Shown: positions 21,029-31,772 of the stretch, piece by piece
Layout of the letters: every line of letters starts with the position of its first letter
Numbering within the stretch: position 1 is the stretch's first letter
From: an uncultured Actinomycetota bacterium
GTDB lineage: Bacteria > Actinomycetota > Humimicrobiia > Humimicrobiales > Humimicrobiaceae
Assembly: GCA_964616545.1 (NCBI GenBank)
Contig: CAZTUA010000041.1
Span: 3,577 to 67,576, forward strand
DNA length: 64,000 bases
Direction: 5' to 3'
Position numbers and translations under genes: made by a program
The notes under the pieces: model-generated
What the model saw: the letters and a program-made list of their open reading frames with translations, nothing else
Told to the model about the DNA's origin: nothing
The model's database searches: none

Positions 21029-22705
21029 TTAATGTTTGAAGTGCCTTCTTCCCGTAAAAATCATAGGAATCTTATTTTTATTACAGCTTTCTATAACCTC
21101 CTTATCCCTTATCGAACCACCCGGCTGTATAATCGCTTTAATACCGTTTCTGGCAGCAAGTTCAGCTACATCCTCGAATGGGAAAAAAGCATCGGATGCC
21201 ATAACAGAGCCTCTGCATCTGCCGTTTGATTTCTTAACCGCTATTTCCGCTGCATCAATCCTGCTCATCTGGCCCGCTCCTATTCCAACAGTGCTCTTGT
21301 CTGCTGCCAGTACTATCGCATTGGATTTAACATTTTTTGCTATCTGCCATCCAAATAACAGGTCATCCCACTGGCTGTCATCAGGCTTCACTTCAGTTAC
21401 TACTTTCATATCCGCCTTACTGTTTATGCCTTCATCCAGATCCTGAATTAATATTCCTCCATCAATGCTTTTGATATCCGATTTTTCCAGCTTAAAATCA
21501 TCCTGGCTTAATTTATTTATGTAATCATCCAGCTTGAAATCTATTTTGAGAACCCTTAAGTTTTGTTTCTCTGATAGTACTTTAAGAGCTCCGGCATCAA
21601 AATCCGGGGCAATAATCACTTCCACATATTTATCAAGCATAAATTTTGCCGCTTCCCCGGACCATTTTACATTGCTTGCAACAACACTGCCAAAAGCTGA
21701 AACAGGGTCGCACTGGTATGCTTTTCTGTAGGCTTCTTCAACATTGCTACCTGTAGCCGCACCGCAGGGGTTATTATGTTTTATTACGGCAACGCATGGA
21801 ACAGAAAACTCTCTCACAATTCCAAATGCAGCATTACCATCCATAATATTATTGTAAGAGAGCTCTTTGCCCTGAAGCTGGGCAGCACCGGTAAAGTTTT
21901 CCCGGCTGCTGTCTCCATACTTATAGTAAGAAGCTCTCTGGTGCGGGTTTTCACCATACCTCAGATCCTGAATTTTTATAAGGTCAATGTTAATATTATC
22001 TTTAAAATTACCGTTGCCGCTTCTGAATTTGTCTCCAGTTTCCCTGGATATACTGCCGCACTCCACATTGAGATAATCTCTTATGGGTATATCTGAATTA
22101 CCGGAATCTGCTATTTTATCTTTAAGATAATTAAAAACTATACTATCGTATTCACAGGTGTGCTGGAAAGCTTTAACAGCCAGCCTGAACAGAGTTCCGT
22201 AACTGATATATCCCCCGCTCTCTTCGAGTTCTTTTTTTATAACCGCGTAGTCTTCGGGGTCGACAACTACTGCCACGCCCTTATGATTCTTGGCAGCGCT
22301 CCTGATCATTGTCGGCCCGCCAATGTCAATATTTTCTATAGCTTCTTCAAGCGTAACATTGTTCCTGGATATTGTTTCTTTGAACGGGTATAAATTCACA
22401 ACTACCATATCTATTAACTTTATTCCCGAAGTACTGATTTCATTCATGTGTTTTTCATTGCTTCTGTCAGCCAGTATCCCGCCGTGTATATACGGGTGGA
22501 GGGTTTTTACCCTGCCATTTAACATCTCGGGAAAACCTGTAAATTCTTCTACCTTCTTTACTTCTATGCCTTCTTCTTCCAGTTTTCTAAAAGTTCCGCC
22601 GGTTGAAATAATTTCTATACCTGCATCCTCAAGTGCCCTTGCAAAATCCGCAATACCCTCTTTATTTGACACACTGACCAGAGCTCTTTTAATTTTTACT
22701 TTCAT
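21029..22705 (-). CDS. purH: Bifunctional AICAR transformylase / IMP cyclohydrolase
   Basis: MKVKIKRALVSVSNKEGI…GGTFRKLEEEGIEV…TLHPYIHGGILA (MGS-like domain), plus the AICARFT domain including the RYGENPHQ-containing region. Confidence 0.9.
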   Translation of the reverse strand: MKVKIKRALVSVSNKEGIADFARALEDAGIEIISTGGTFRKLEEEGIEVKKVEEFTGFPEMLNGRVKTLHPYIHGGILADRSNEKHMNEISTSGIKLIDMVVVNLYPFKETISRNNVTLEEAIENIDIGGPTMIRSAAKNHKGVAVVVDPEDYAVIKKELEESGGYISYGTLFRLAVKAFQHTCEYDSIVFNYLKDKIADSGNSDIPIRDYLNVECGSISRETGDKFRSGNGNFKDNINIDLIKIQDLRYGENPHQRASYYKYGDSSRENFTGAAQLQGKELSYNNIMDGNAAFGIVREFSVPCVAVIKHNNPCGAATGSNVEEAYRKAYQCDPVSAFGSVVASNVKWSGEAAKFMLDKYVEVIIAPDFDAGALKVLSEKQNLRVLKIDFKLDDYINKLSQDDFKLEKSDIKSIDGGILIQDLDEGINSKADMKVVTEVKPDDSQWDDLLFGWQIAKNVKSNAIVLAADKSTVGIGAGQMSRIDAAEIAVKKSNGRCRGSVMASDAFFPFEDVAELAARNGIKAIIQPGGSIRDKEVIESCNKNKIPMIFTGRRHFKH

Positions 22706-23334
22706 TTTTTTCCTTTATTTATTTTTTTATTTAAAGTTTTTACTTTCCTTCCATCTATCTTTAATCTATCCTCGCAAAAATATTTTACCGCTACCGGATA
22801 AATTTTATGTTCTATTTTGTGTATCTTTTCTTCCAGCTCTTCCATTGTTTCGCCCTGGTCAACAACCAGTGCTTCCTGAAGTATTATCGGCCCGCTGTCA
22901 AGGCCCTCATCCACAAAATGTACTGTAACCCCTGTTACCCTGACCCCGTAATCAAAAGCATCTTTTATGCCGTGAGCGCCCTTAAACGAGGGGAGCAGTG
23001 CAGGATGGATATTTAATATCCTGTTCTTGAACCTGCTAACGAAATCATGACTCAGTATAAACATATAACCCGCCAGAACCACAAGGTCTATCTTTTCTTT
23101 TTCAAGTAATTCTATAATTTTTGCATCATAGTGCTTTCTGGTGGCGTAAGATGAAGGGTTCATAAAAGCCGTTTTAATTTTATTTTTCCTTGCTCTCTTC
23201 AGAGCATATGCATTTTTGTTATTTGAAAATACCAGGACTATGTCGCCATTTAAATCATTTTTTCTGCCATAATCAATAAGAGCCTGGAGGTTCGAACCAA
23301 AACCCGAAGCAAATACAGCTATCCTTTTTCTCAC
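22702..23334 (-). CDS. purN: Phosphoribosylglycinamide formyltransferase
   Basis: MRKRIAVFASGFGSNLQALID… and HPALLPSFKG motif. Confidence 0.9.
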   Translation of the reverse strand: MRKRIAVFASGFGSNLQALIDYGRKNDLNGDIVLVFSNNKNAYALKRARKNKIKTAFMNPSSYATRKHYDAKIIELLEKEKIDLVVLAGYMFILSHDFVSRFKNRILNIHPALLPSFKGAHGIKDAFDYGVRVTGVTVHFVDEGLDSGPIILQEALVVDQGETMEELEEKIHKIEHKIYPVAVKYFCEDRLKIDGRKVKTLNKKINKGKK

Positions 23335-23341
23335 ACGTATC

Positions 23342-24436
23342 CTAACTCCCCTTTATTATTACACTTCCGTTACCTCTGGTCACAGTGCCGATATCATAAA
23401 TCTTTTCTCCGTTTTCTATAGCAATTTTTTCTGTCTTTTTGAATTCATCAGGCGCAGTAATTATAACCATTCCGATGCCCATATTAAATACTGTAAACAT
23501 TTCTTTTTTATCAATGTTGCCAAGCCTGCCAAAAAAATTAAAGCAGCCGGGTACCTCCCAGCTTCCTTCCCGAATCAGAACATTCATATCCCCCGGTATT
23601 ATTCTATTTATATTTTCATAAAATCCCCCGCCGGTTATATGTGCAATACCGTGAATTTTAACCCTGTTTTCGATTATCTGGTTTATTATTTTAGAATATA
23701 ATTTAGTGGGAGTTAAAAGTAATTTTCCCAGCGATAGGCTGCCGCTCCAGTCATAAGTCCTGTTGAGGTCAAGCTTCTTATCATCAATTATTTTCCGTAT
23801 AAGTGAAAATCCATTGCTGTGAAATCCTGAAGATGATATACCAGCCACAATATCCCCTTCTTTTACAAGGCCAGGGTTTATGATTGCTGGTTTATCTATA
23901 ATTCCCACCGCAAAACCAGCAATATCTATATCGTCTCTGGCACTCATACCAGGGTGCTCGGCAATTTCCCCACCGATTAAAACTGTGTCGCAGTAGCTAC
24001 AGCTTCTTGAAATAGATTTAATAATTATCTTTATTTTTTCTTCATTTACGCTGCCGCAGGATATGTAGTCCAGGAAAAACATGGGTTTTGCGCCGCAGCA
24101 GATTATATCGTTCAGACACATAGCAACAGCATCCTGTCCGATACTCCGGTAATCATTTAATTTTTTTGCCAGTAGTATTTTTGTTCCAACACCGTCCGTT
24201 GAAGAAACGAGAACCGGATTTTCATAGTTTTTAAGGTCCGGCTGATAAAGACCTGAATAAGAAGACAGATCACTCAGTACTCTATCTGAAAATGTTGCAG
24301 TTATTGTTTTCCTAAGCTGGTTCAGAACATTTGAAGCTTTATCAATATTTACGCCTGATGACTTATAGGAATATTTTTTATTTTCTTTTCCAATATTTTT
24401 ATCAGGCATTAAAAGATATTTTCTCCTCTTTATCAA
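23342..24436 (-). CDS. purM: Phosphoribosylformylglycinamidine cyclo-ligase (AIR synthase). The start may be Met11 at 24406, which abuts the purF stop.
   Basis: …YKSSGVNIDKASN… N-terminus and the AIRS/AIRS_C architecture. Confidence 0.9.
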   Translation of the reverse strand: MIKRRKYLLMPDKNIGKENKKYSYKSSGVNIDKASNVLNQLRKTITATFSDRVLSDLSSYSGLYQPDLKNYENPVLVSSTDGVGTKILLAKKLNDYRSIGQDAVAMCLNDIICCGAKPMFFLDYISCGSVNEEKIKIIIKSISRSCSYCDTVLIGGEIAEHPGMSARDDIDIAGFAVGIIDKPAIINPGLVKEGDIVAGISSSGFHSNGFSLIRKIIDDKKLDLNRTYDWSGSLSLGKLLLTPTKLYSKIINQIIENRVKIHGIAHITGGGFYENINRIIPGDMNVLIREGSWEVPGCFNFFGRLGNIDKKEMFTVFNMGIGMVIITAPDEFKKTEKIAIENGEKIYDIGTVTRGNGSVIIKGS

Positions 24437-25841
24437 TTGAATATTTATTAAATTCTATATCATCATTAATGAGAACCGGATATTCACCGTTAAAACATGC
24501 CAGACAGAACTTTTCCTTTGATTCTCCGATAGCTTTTATCAGACCATCTATTGACAGATATTTAAGGCTGTTCACATCCAGGAATTTCCTTATATCTTCC
24601 AGTGTTTTATGATTTGCTATAAATTCATTCCTCTGGGCCATGTCAACACCATAATAACAGGGGTAAAGCAATGGAGGACAGGTAATTCTCAAATGCACTT
24701 CTCTGGCCCCGGCATTGTATAACATTTTTACTATTTTTTTTGATGTTGTTCCCCTGACTATAGAATCATCAACAACTACCAGTTTTTTACCCCGTATGAT
24801 GTCCTTTAAAGGATTTAATTTTAACCTGACACTTATTTCCCTGGTTTTCTGCTCTGGCTGAATAAAGGTCCTCCCTATATATCTGTTTTTTATAAATCCC
24901 TCGGCATATGGTATTCTGGATTCCGCAGAGTACCCTATGGCAGCAGGTGTGCCTGAATCAGGTACGGAAATAACGATATCGGCATCAGCGGGAGATTCTT
25001 TTGCCAGCTCCTGACCCAGCCTGTGTCTGATATCAAACATATTCTTGCCGTATATATAACTATCGGGTCTCGCAAAATAAATTAGTTCAAAAACACACAT
25101 TGAGATTCTATCAACCGGAAGCATCATCTGCGACCTTGTTCCATCCTTATCCAGAATAATTATCTCACCCGGGTCTATTTCTCTAATAAATTTAGCATCA
25201 ACTATGTCCAGGGCGCAGGTTTCTGAAGCTATTATGTAATTGCCTTCCAGACTTCCGAGCACCATGGGTCTGAATCCATGAGGATCTCTGATTCCAAAAA
25301 TTTTATCCCCGGTCAATATCAGCAGCGAATAAGAGCCTTTAATCCTGCTGGCTGCCTCTTTAATTGCATCCTCAATATTTTCTTTATCCGAGGTTTCTAT
25401 CAGTGACGCTATAACTTCTGTATCTGTACTCGTTTCAAATCTAATCCCTTTCCCTGACTGTTCATCCCTTATTTCCTTTACATTTGTCAGGTTACCATTA
25501 TGCGCTATAGCAAAACTTTCATTTTTAAACATATGGTACAGCGGTTGAGAATTCTTCCAGATATTCATCCCCCTGGTAGAGTACCGTGTGTGCCCGATTC
25601 CGGCATAACCCTGAAGGGGGGCAATATTCTGTTCGTTAAACACCTGGGACACAAGACCCAGGTCCTTAAAGATTAATATATTTTCCCCGTCAGATACTGC
25701 TATCCCTGCGCTCTCCTGTCCCCTGTGCTGTAATGCCTGAAGCCCGTAAAAGATGATTTCTGCTGCTTTTTTACCAGGCGCGTATATTCCGAATATTCCG
25801 CATTTTTCATTAAACTTTTTATCTGACATCAAACTTTTCAT
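24402..25841 (-). CDS. purF: Amidophosphoribosyltransferase
   Basis: N-terminal CGIFGIY (Ntn glutamine amidotransferase). PRTase domain DDSIVRGTTS. Confidence 0.9.
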   Translation of the reverse strand: MKSLMSDKKFNEKCGIFGIYAPGKKAAEIIFYGLQALQHRGQESAGIAVSDGENILIFKDLGLVSQVFNEQNIAPLQGYAGIGHTRYSTRGMNIWKNSQPLYHMFKNESFAIAHNGNLTNVKEIRDEQSGKGIRFETSTDTEVIASLIETSDKENIEDAIKEAASRIKGSYSLLILTGDKIFGIRDPHGFRPMVLGSLEGNYIIASETCALDIVDAKFIREIDPGEIIILDKDGTRSQMMLPVDRISMCVFELIYFARPDSYIYGKNMFDIRHRLGQELAKESPADADIVISVPDSGTPAAIGYSAESRIPYAEGFIKNRYIGRTFIQPEQKTREISVRLKLNPLKDIIRGKKLVVVDDSIVRGTTSKKIVKMLYNAGAREVHLRITCPPLLYPCYYGVDMAQRNEFIANHKTLEDIRKFLDVNSLKYLSIDGLIKAIGESKEKFCLACFNGEYPVLINDDIEFNKYSIDKEEKISFNA

Positions 25842-26003
25842 TTATAAAACCATGCCATTTTTTTATTTAGTCTTATTCTGAAACTTATTTACCTGAAATA
25901 TTCTTCCCGTCCAGATAAAGAAAAACTAATTCCTGTACACCTGATAGACAAAAACATTATAACAAATAAAGAACCAAAATAAATAAGGTTTTTCACTCCA
26001 GAA

Positions 26004-29000
26004 TCAGCTTTTTCCCTCACACCATTCCCTGGCATTTTGAAACATCCTGAGCCACGGAGAAATTCCTGCACCTGATTTCCAGATTTCCGGTACCCATGCC
26101 CACTGCCACAATAGAAATGCTCTTTCCGGATGAGGCATCATGGCAAGATGCCTGCCATCCGGCGAACATAACCCGGTAAACCCTGATGGAGAACTGTTGG
26201 GATTATAAGGATACTTCACAGAAGGCATACCTTTATCATCCGTATAAACTACCGGGGCAAGATGCTTTGCAGATATTTCTGAAAGTATTCCCCGGTCAGG
26301 GCAGAATAAATGCCCTTCCCTGTGCGCTACCCATATACCGAGTATGGAATCTTCCATGCCTTTAAGCATTATTGAAGGGCTCTTCAGTATCTTTACGGAT
26401 ACCCACCGGGACTCAAACCGGCCTGATGGGTTGCTTATAAATCTTGGCTGCCTGCCTTCGGAAATTCCTCTCCAGGGCACCCAGCCCAGAAGTGTCATAA
26501 GCTGGCATCCATTGCAGATGCCCAGTGAAAAAGTATCTTCCCTCATATAAAAATCGTCAAACATTTTTTTTAATTTCGGGCTGAACTTTATGATTCCAGC
26601 CCACCCCTTGGCACTGTCCAGAACATCAGCATAGGAAAACCCCCCTACAAAGACTGCTCCTTTAAATTTTTTTAGGGTTACGCTGCCATCAAGCAGATCA
26701 GTCATAGAGATATCCCATGGTTCAAATCCAGCCGCATAAAATGCTGAGGTCATTTCTCTGTCACCGTTGCTTCCCTCTTCACGTATAATTGCAACTTCCG
26801 GTTTTTTCTCTCTCCTTAGAAATTCCTGTGAGGTGCTGACGGGTTTAAAAGAAACATTATACGAAAGGCCCTCCCTGTCATAAGACTGCTTTTGTTCTTC
26901 TGCCAGCCCGGGATTCATCTGCTCCCGCTCAAGCCGGTCGCTTGTTGATTCCCACCATGTTAGAAGCCGTGGTATATCGATATTCAGCTGAACTTTTTTA
27001 TCATGGGAGATAATCACCTTTCTTTTTTTATACGTACAGCCTAAAATATTAAAAGAAATACCGGATTCTTCAAGCATACCGGTAATTTCAGATTCATTGC
27101 AGGGTAAATATTCTATAACCAGGCCCAGCTCTTCCGAGAATAACCGTGGGATGATTTCTTCTTTTCCGGCAAACTCTGCTTCTATACCGCAGTTTCCTGA
27201 CATTGCCATTTCTGCCAGAGTGGTTATAAGCCCTCCGTCGCTTCTATCATGCCCTGCAAGAATTAAGTTCTTCCTTATCATTCCCTGCACGGCTTTGAAA
27301 GCATTAACCAGGATTGCTGGATTTTCTACATCAGGAGATTCATTTCCTGTCTGGCCCAGCGCCTGCGCCAGTGCTGAACCACCCAGCCGGTTATTACCGC
27401 CTGACAGGTCAATAAACATCAACCTGCTTTCACCCGGCTTCTTGATATCGGGTGTAACTACCCTGGTTACATCCTCCATTGAGCTATAAGCGGAAATAAC
27501 TACCTGACCGGGGCCTCTTACAGTTTCATTACCTGCCTGAGCTGCCATTGAAAGACTATCCTTGCCGCCGTCGGCTGCAATGCCAATTTCTCTCATAAGA
27601 TTACTTAAAGAAACCGCAGCTCTGTAGAGATCAGCACCGCCGCCCTGGAGTTTTGCGGCCCACATCCAGTTTACAGAACATTTTATATTTTCGATACCTG
27701 TTATAAGTGCCCATACCATATTGGTCAGCGCTTCCCCTACTGCCATACGGGCACCTGCAGCCGGGTTAACCAGAATTTTAACTGGCTGCTCACCTACAGC
27801 AATAGCGGCACCTGTAAGTCCGAAATGACTCTGCGCAATCACAGCCACATCCGAAACAGGAAGCTGCAGCGGACCGCAGCACTGCTGCCGGGCAATAAGT
27901 CCCGTTACGCTTCTATCAACTTTTCTTACAAGGAATCCCTTGGACCCAACCGAAGGTAATTTAAATATAAGCTCCAGCAGATCTCTGACTGACCTGCCTG
28001 ATGACAATTCGAGCGGTCTTAATTTTTCCGTCATGCTTTCCAGTTCAAATGTTTTTTGCGGTATATTGCTTAAAATTTCATCAAGGCCCAGATTAACGGG
28101 CGTGGTATCATCCTGGCTGTCATGAACGGTTATACGGCCGTCGCCGGTTATTTCTCCGAGTACCTCGCAGTTAACCTTTTCACGGCTGCATATTTTTTGA
28201 AATTCATTCAATCGCTCCGGTTTTATAAGAAAAGCGTTCCTTTCCTGATATTCTGCACCCCATATCTCAAGCACTGACATAGTCTTATCCCCGACCTGTA
28301 TATTCCTTATCTCAATTCTGCCGCCTGCGGGTTCGACAAGCTCGGTTAACACATTACATGGTCCGCCTGCACCCTGGTCATGGATACTCATTATAGGGTT
28401 GCTTTCACCCATTTCAATACACGCCCTTATTACCCGGTTCATCTTTTGTTCCATCTGCGCATTACCCCTCTGCACGGCATTAAAGTCAAGCTCTTCCCTG
28501 TTTTCACCCTGTACCATGCTGGAGGCAGCTCCTCCTCCTATTCCTATTCGGTATGCAGGGCCGCCAACCTGCACTATTTTCATGCCTTTTTGCGGAGCTT
28601 CTTTTTTTATATGCCTGTGGTCAATCTGCCCGATACCGCCGGTAAACATTACAGGCTTAATCCATTCACTTCTCCGGCCGCCCGGGGTTCTCAGTCCAAA
28701 AGTTCTTGTAAAACCCTGTATCACCGGTTCGCCAAACTTATTTCCATAGTCTGACGCGCCATCGCTTTCCCTTATCATAATCTCAAGGGGGCAAGCAAGA
28801 TTTGAAGGATAATTAAAACTGTTATCCTCTCCGGGAAGCGGATAATCCGGAATGTTTAAATTCCCGGTACAGTATCCAGCCGTACCGGCAATAACCAGCC
28901 CCCCTCTTCCTGTTGCCTGGACATCACGTATCCTCCCTCCCGTTCCCGTTTCGGCCCCTGGGAATGGAGCAACCCCGCTGGGGAAATTATGTGTTTCTGC

Positions 29001-29873
29001 TGTAAATATAATATGATAGACAAGCTGATTTTTATGAAATGGTGAATAAGCCCCCGGGCTCTCTGGTACGATGGTCCATATCTTAAATCCCTCAATACCG
29101 CTTGAGTTATCTTTAAATGCTATTATGCTATTTGAAGGATTGTCTTTAAGCGGAGCCTTTATTATTTCCATCAGTGTTGCAGGAATTTCCCTGCCGTCAA
29201 TTAAAAGTCTTCCTTTAAAAAACCAGTGGCGGGAGTGTTCGCTATTGGCCTGCCCCAGCTGGAAACATTCAACATTGGTTGGATTTCTGCCTATAATATT
29301 AACAAACAGATTGTAGTAGAATTCTATGTCCCACTCATCCATTCCCAGGCCAATTCTCTTATTAAAACTTCTTAAAGCATCTATCCCGCTGGCCTTGCCA
29401 CACCCGGTATTTCTGGCCTTTTTTATGTTTTCAGGGCTTTCTTCTATTAGCGGTATTGTGTACACATCCTCTGGTTTGATACCGGGTGCAAATGTTTTCA
29501 GAGGTTCCTGGTATACGCATTCTGTCATTCTATCATGGTGCTTCGCTATAAAATCGGAGTGGTCAATATCGCCGGGAACCAGGTAGCGCCTTGAACGTTC
29601 AAGGCGGGAAATCTTCCTGAGTCCACAGGAGTGGCAGATGGCAACAGCGTTTGTTGAAAATGCAGTTTCGAAGTTTAATCCCGGGCCTATCTCGATAACA
29701 TTTTTATTTCTACTGGTTAAAAACGAAGAATCTCCAAATTTACTGATTTCAAATGTTTCGGCGAGCAGCCACCGGAGTACTTTTAATTCAGATTTATTAA
29801 GCGGCTCTGATACCTCAATGTAATAACAATATTCAAAATCTTTACCGATGTACCGATAGAACCGCTGAATCAT
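26004..29873 (-). CDS. purL: Phosphoribosylformylglycinamidine synthase, single-chain large form (PurS-like N-domain + FGAM synthetase + PurQ-type glutaminase)
   Basis: 1289 aa. C-terminal class-I glutamine amidotransferase with GICNGCQLM. Central duplicated AIRS-like domains. Confidence 0.95.
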   Translation of the reverse strand: MIQRFYRYIGKDFEYCYYIEVSEPLNKSELKVLRWLLAETFEISKFGDSSFLTSRNKNVIEIGPGLNFETAFSTNAVAICHSCGLRKISRLERSRRYLVPGDIDHSDFIAKHHDRMTECVYQEPLKTFAPGIKPEDVYTIPLIEESPENIKKARNTGCGKASGIDALRSFNKRIGLGMDEWDIEFYYNLFVNIIGRNPTNVECFQLGQANSEHSRHWFFKGRLLIDGREIPATLMEIIKAPLKDNPSNSIIAFKDNSSGIEGFKIWTIVPESPGAYSPFHKNQLVYHIIFTAETHNFPSGVAPFPGAETGTGGRIRDVQATGRGGLVIAGTAGYCTGNLNIPDYPLPGEDNSFNYPSNLACPLEIMIRESDGASDYGNKFGEPVIQGFTRTFGLRTPGGRRSEWIKPVMFTGGIGQIDHRHIKKEAPQKGMKIVQVGGPAYRIGIGGGAASSMVQGENREELDFNAVQRGNAQMEQKMNRVIRACIEMGESNPIMSIHDQGAGGPCNVLTELVEPAGGRIEIRNIQVGDKTMSVLEIWGAEYQERNAFLIKPERLNEFQKICSREKVNCEVLGEITGDGRITVHDSQDDTTPVNLGLDEILSNIPQKTFELESMTEKLRPLELSSGRSVRDLLELIFKLPSVGSKGFLVRKVDRSVTGLIARQQCCGPLQLPVSDVAVIAQSHFGLTGAAIAVGEQPVKILVNPAAGARMAVGEALTNMVWALITGIENIKCSVNWMWAAKLQGGGADLYRAAVSLSNLMREIGIAADGGKDSLSMAAQAGNETVRGPGQVVISAYSSMEDVTRVVTPDIKKPGESRLMFIDLSGGNNRLGGSALAQALGQTGNESPDVENPAILVNAFKAVQGMIRKNLILAGHDRSDGGLITTLAEMAMSGNCGIEAEFAGKEEIIPRLFSEELGLVIEYLPCNESEITGMLEESGISFNILGCTYKKRKVIISHDKKVQLNIDIPRLLTWWESTSDRLEREQMNPGLAEEQKQSYDREGLSYNVSFKPVSTSQEFLRREKKPEVAIIREEGSNGDREMTSAFYAAGFEPWDISMTDLLDGSVTLKKFKGAVFVGGFSYADVLDSAKGWAGIIKFSPKLKKMFDDFYMREDTFSLGICNGCQLMTLLGWVPWRGISEGRQPRFISNPSGRFESRWVSVKILKSPSIMLKGMEDSILGIWVAHREGHLFCPDRGILSEISAKHLAPVVYTDDKGMPSVKYPYNPNSSPSGFTGLCSPDGRHLAMMPHPERAFLLWQWAWVPEIWKSGAGISPWLRMFQNAREWCEGKS

Positions 29874-29939
29874 TCCTGTATATTCCTTGCCCCTGCCATA
29901 AATTAAAAGTAATTTTTTTAAATAAATAAAATATTAACT

Positions 29940-31238
29940 TTAGCGGAGATTTTCTAATCTGCCAATAATTTTATCTATATATTTTAAATGGTAACCAACA
30001 TCAAACAATTTCTCCAGCTCCCCTCCACCCAGAAGTGTCAGCACCTTTTTTTCTTTAAATAAATTCTCCCTAAAACTGCCTTCACTTCTCCAGGCGTCAA
30101 GAGCAGCTCTCTGTATGATATTATATGCTTCTTCTCTTTTCATTCCCTTTTTTACAAGTTCCAGCAGTACTCTCTGGGAAAAAATAATTCCTCCGTATTT
30201 CATTAAATTTTTTTCCATATTTGACTCAATAACATTCAGGTTATCAACTATGGTTGTCATTTTATCAAGCATATAATCAAGCAGGATAAAGCTATCTGGA
30301 ATTATTATCCTTTCTGCCGAAGAATGGGATATATCCCTTTCATGCCATAATGCAATGTTCTCCAGGGAGGTTATCGTATTCGACCTCAGTATCCTTGCCA
30401 GCCCGCATATTCTCTCACAGATAATAGGATTTTTTTTATGAGGCATGGCAGAAGAACCTTTTTGCCCTTTACCGAATGGTTCCTCAGCTTCTCTTACATC
30501 TGTTCTCTGCAGATTTCTTATCTCGAGCGCTATCTTTTCCAGAGTTGCTCCGCAAATTGCCAGAGTTGAAATAAGCTGAGCATGCCTATCTCTCTGGAGG
30601 ATCTGCGTAGATGCTGGAGATGGCTTTAAATTTAGAATGCTGCACACCTTTTTTTCTATTTCAGGCGAGGTATTTGCATACGTACCAACGGCGCCTGAAA
30701 TTTTACCGTATCTTATATTCTCTACAGCATGTTCCAGCCTCTCAAGATTCCTTGCCATTTCAAAAGTATAAACGCAGAACTTGAGCCCGAGCGTTATAGG
30801 TTCTGCATGAATACCGTGTGTTCTGCCTGTCATAACCGTCCGGGCATATTTCTTTGATTTTATTCTTAATATACTGAGCAGGTTCTTAATTTTACTCCTG
30901 ATTATATTTGATGCCTCAATCATTTGGAGCGACAGCGCCGTATCACCAACATCAGATGATGTCAGGCCGTAATGAAGATATTTAGATGAATCCCCTATAT
31001 ATGAAGATACATCTGTTAGAAAAGCAATTACATCGTGATTTGTCTTCTTTTCGATTTCATTAATCTTTGAGACTTTAAATGCAGCTTTCTTATTTATATA
31101 ATCTGCTGCCTTCACAGGTATTATGCCAAGTTCTGCCTGTGCTTTTGCCACCGCCTTTTCAACCTCGAGCCACTTGTTGAACTTATTTTCCTCGCTCCAG
31201 ACCCTACCCATTTCTTTTGAAGTATACCTGGGAATCAT
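29940..31238 (-). CDS. purB: Adenylosuccinate lyase
   Basis: MIPRYTSKEMGRVWSEENKF… and the fumarate-lyase signature region GSSAMPHKKNP. Confidence 0.9.
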   Translation of the reverse strand: MIPRYTSKEMGRVWSEENKFNKWLEVEKAVAKAQAELGIIPVKAADYINKKAAFKVSKINEIEKKTNHDVIAFLTDVSSYIGDSSKYLHYGLTSSDVGDTALSLQMIEASNIIRSKIKNLLSILRIKSKKYARTVMTGRTHGIHAEPITLGLKFCVYTFEMARNLERLEHAVENIRYGKISGAVGTYANTSPEIEKKVCSILNLKPSPASTQILQRDRHAQLISTLAICGATLEKIALEIRNLQRTDVREAEEPFGKGQKGSSAMPHKKNPIICERICGLARILRSNTITSLENIALWHERDISHSSAERIIIPDSFILLDYMLDKMTTIVDNLNVIESNMEKNLMKYGGIIFSQRVLLELVKKGMKREEAYNIIQRAALDAWRSEGSFRENLFKEKKVLTLLGGGELEKLFDVGYHLKYIDKIIGRLENLR

Positions 31239-31321
31239 AGATACTCCTACGGTTAATAAAATAATAGAAATTATTTTACTTTTCTTTTATTTAAAACTGC
31301 CCGGATAGATAATTTTCTGCC

Positions 31322-31636
31322 CTACATTAATTCTTCCAGTATTCTTTCCCTGAAAGTCTGGTAGTTATTTGAATCATTAAGATCCAGCAGTTCCTCGCCG
31401 CAGTCAAAAAATACCTGGTCATAGTCTTTGAGACATATATCAGAAATTTTTAAAAGCCATTTGCTGTGAAGCTTCCAGCTTTTCAGGTCGCCCAACCAGC
31501 TTTTTTCACCCGGGGGTATATTGTTTTTTATAAAAGAATCAATATTTTTTGATTTCTTTGAAACCTGCAGTAAAAAATCAACATTGTCGGAAAGAGATGA
31601 AATGTTTGCTATGCTCAAACCTTTATCAGCAGTCAC
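31322..31636 (-). CDS. Hypothetical protein (104 aa) upstream of purB
   Basis: ORF with no recognisable motifs. Same strand as the pur operon. Confidence 0.3.
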   Translation of the reverse strand: MTADKGLSIANISSLSDNVDFLLQVSKKSKNIDSFIKNNIPPGEKSWLGDLKSWKLHSKWLLKISDICLKDYDQVFFDCGEELLDLNDSNNYQTFRERILEELM

Positions 31637-31772
31637 TTATTTCTCCCTGTTCATATTATTTATCATTTTCTTCCATAATATATACATTATTTTATTATTT
31701 TTATCCTTTTTTTAAAACCCGGTAATATTTTTGAATTGATACCAGTTTAATGGTGCAATATTTGCAATAATT

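Noticed and set aside
3522-21446. Numerous 60-140-aa ORFs nested in or antisense to larger genes (for example 3522-3704, 4348-4632, 5973-6206, 10704-11048, 15071-15463, 18295-18693, 20399-20722, 21036-21446)
   Set aside because: All are fully contained within strongly supported CDSs on the same or opposite strand and show low-complexity or atypical composition.
25889-26071. 60-aa ORF between purF and purL
   Set aside because: It overlaps the 3' end of purL on the same strand in another frame, and has no RBS or motif. It is most likely non-coding.
31637-31772. Purine or ZTP riboswitch upstream of the pur operon
   Set aside because: No match to the conserved purine-riboswitch (…UAUA…CGUAAAUU…) or ZTP (…GGGUCGUGAC…CCGGG…) cores was visible in the leader.
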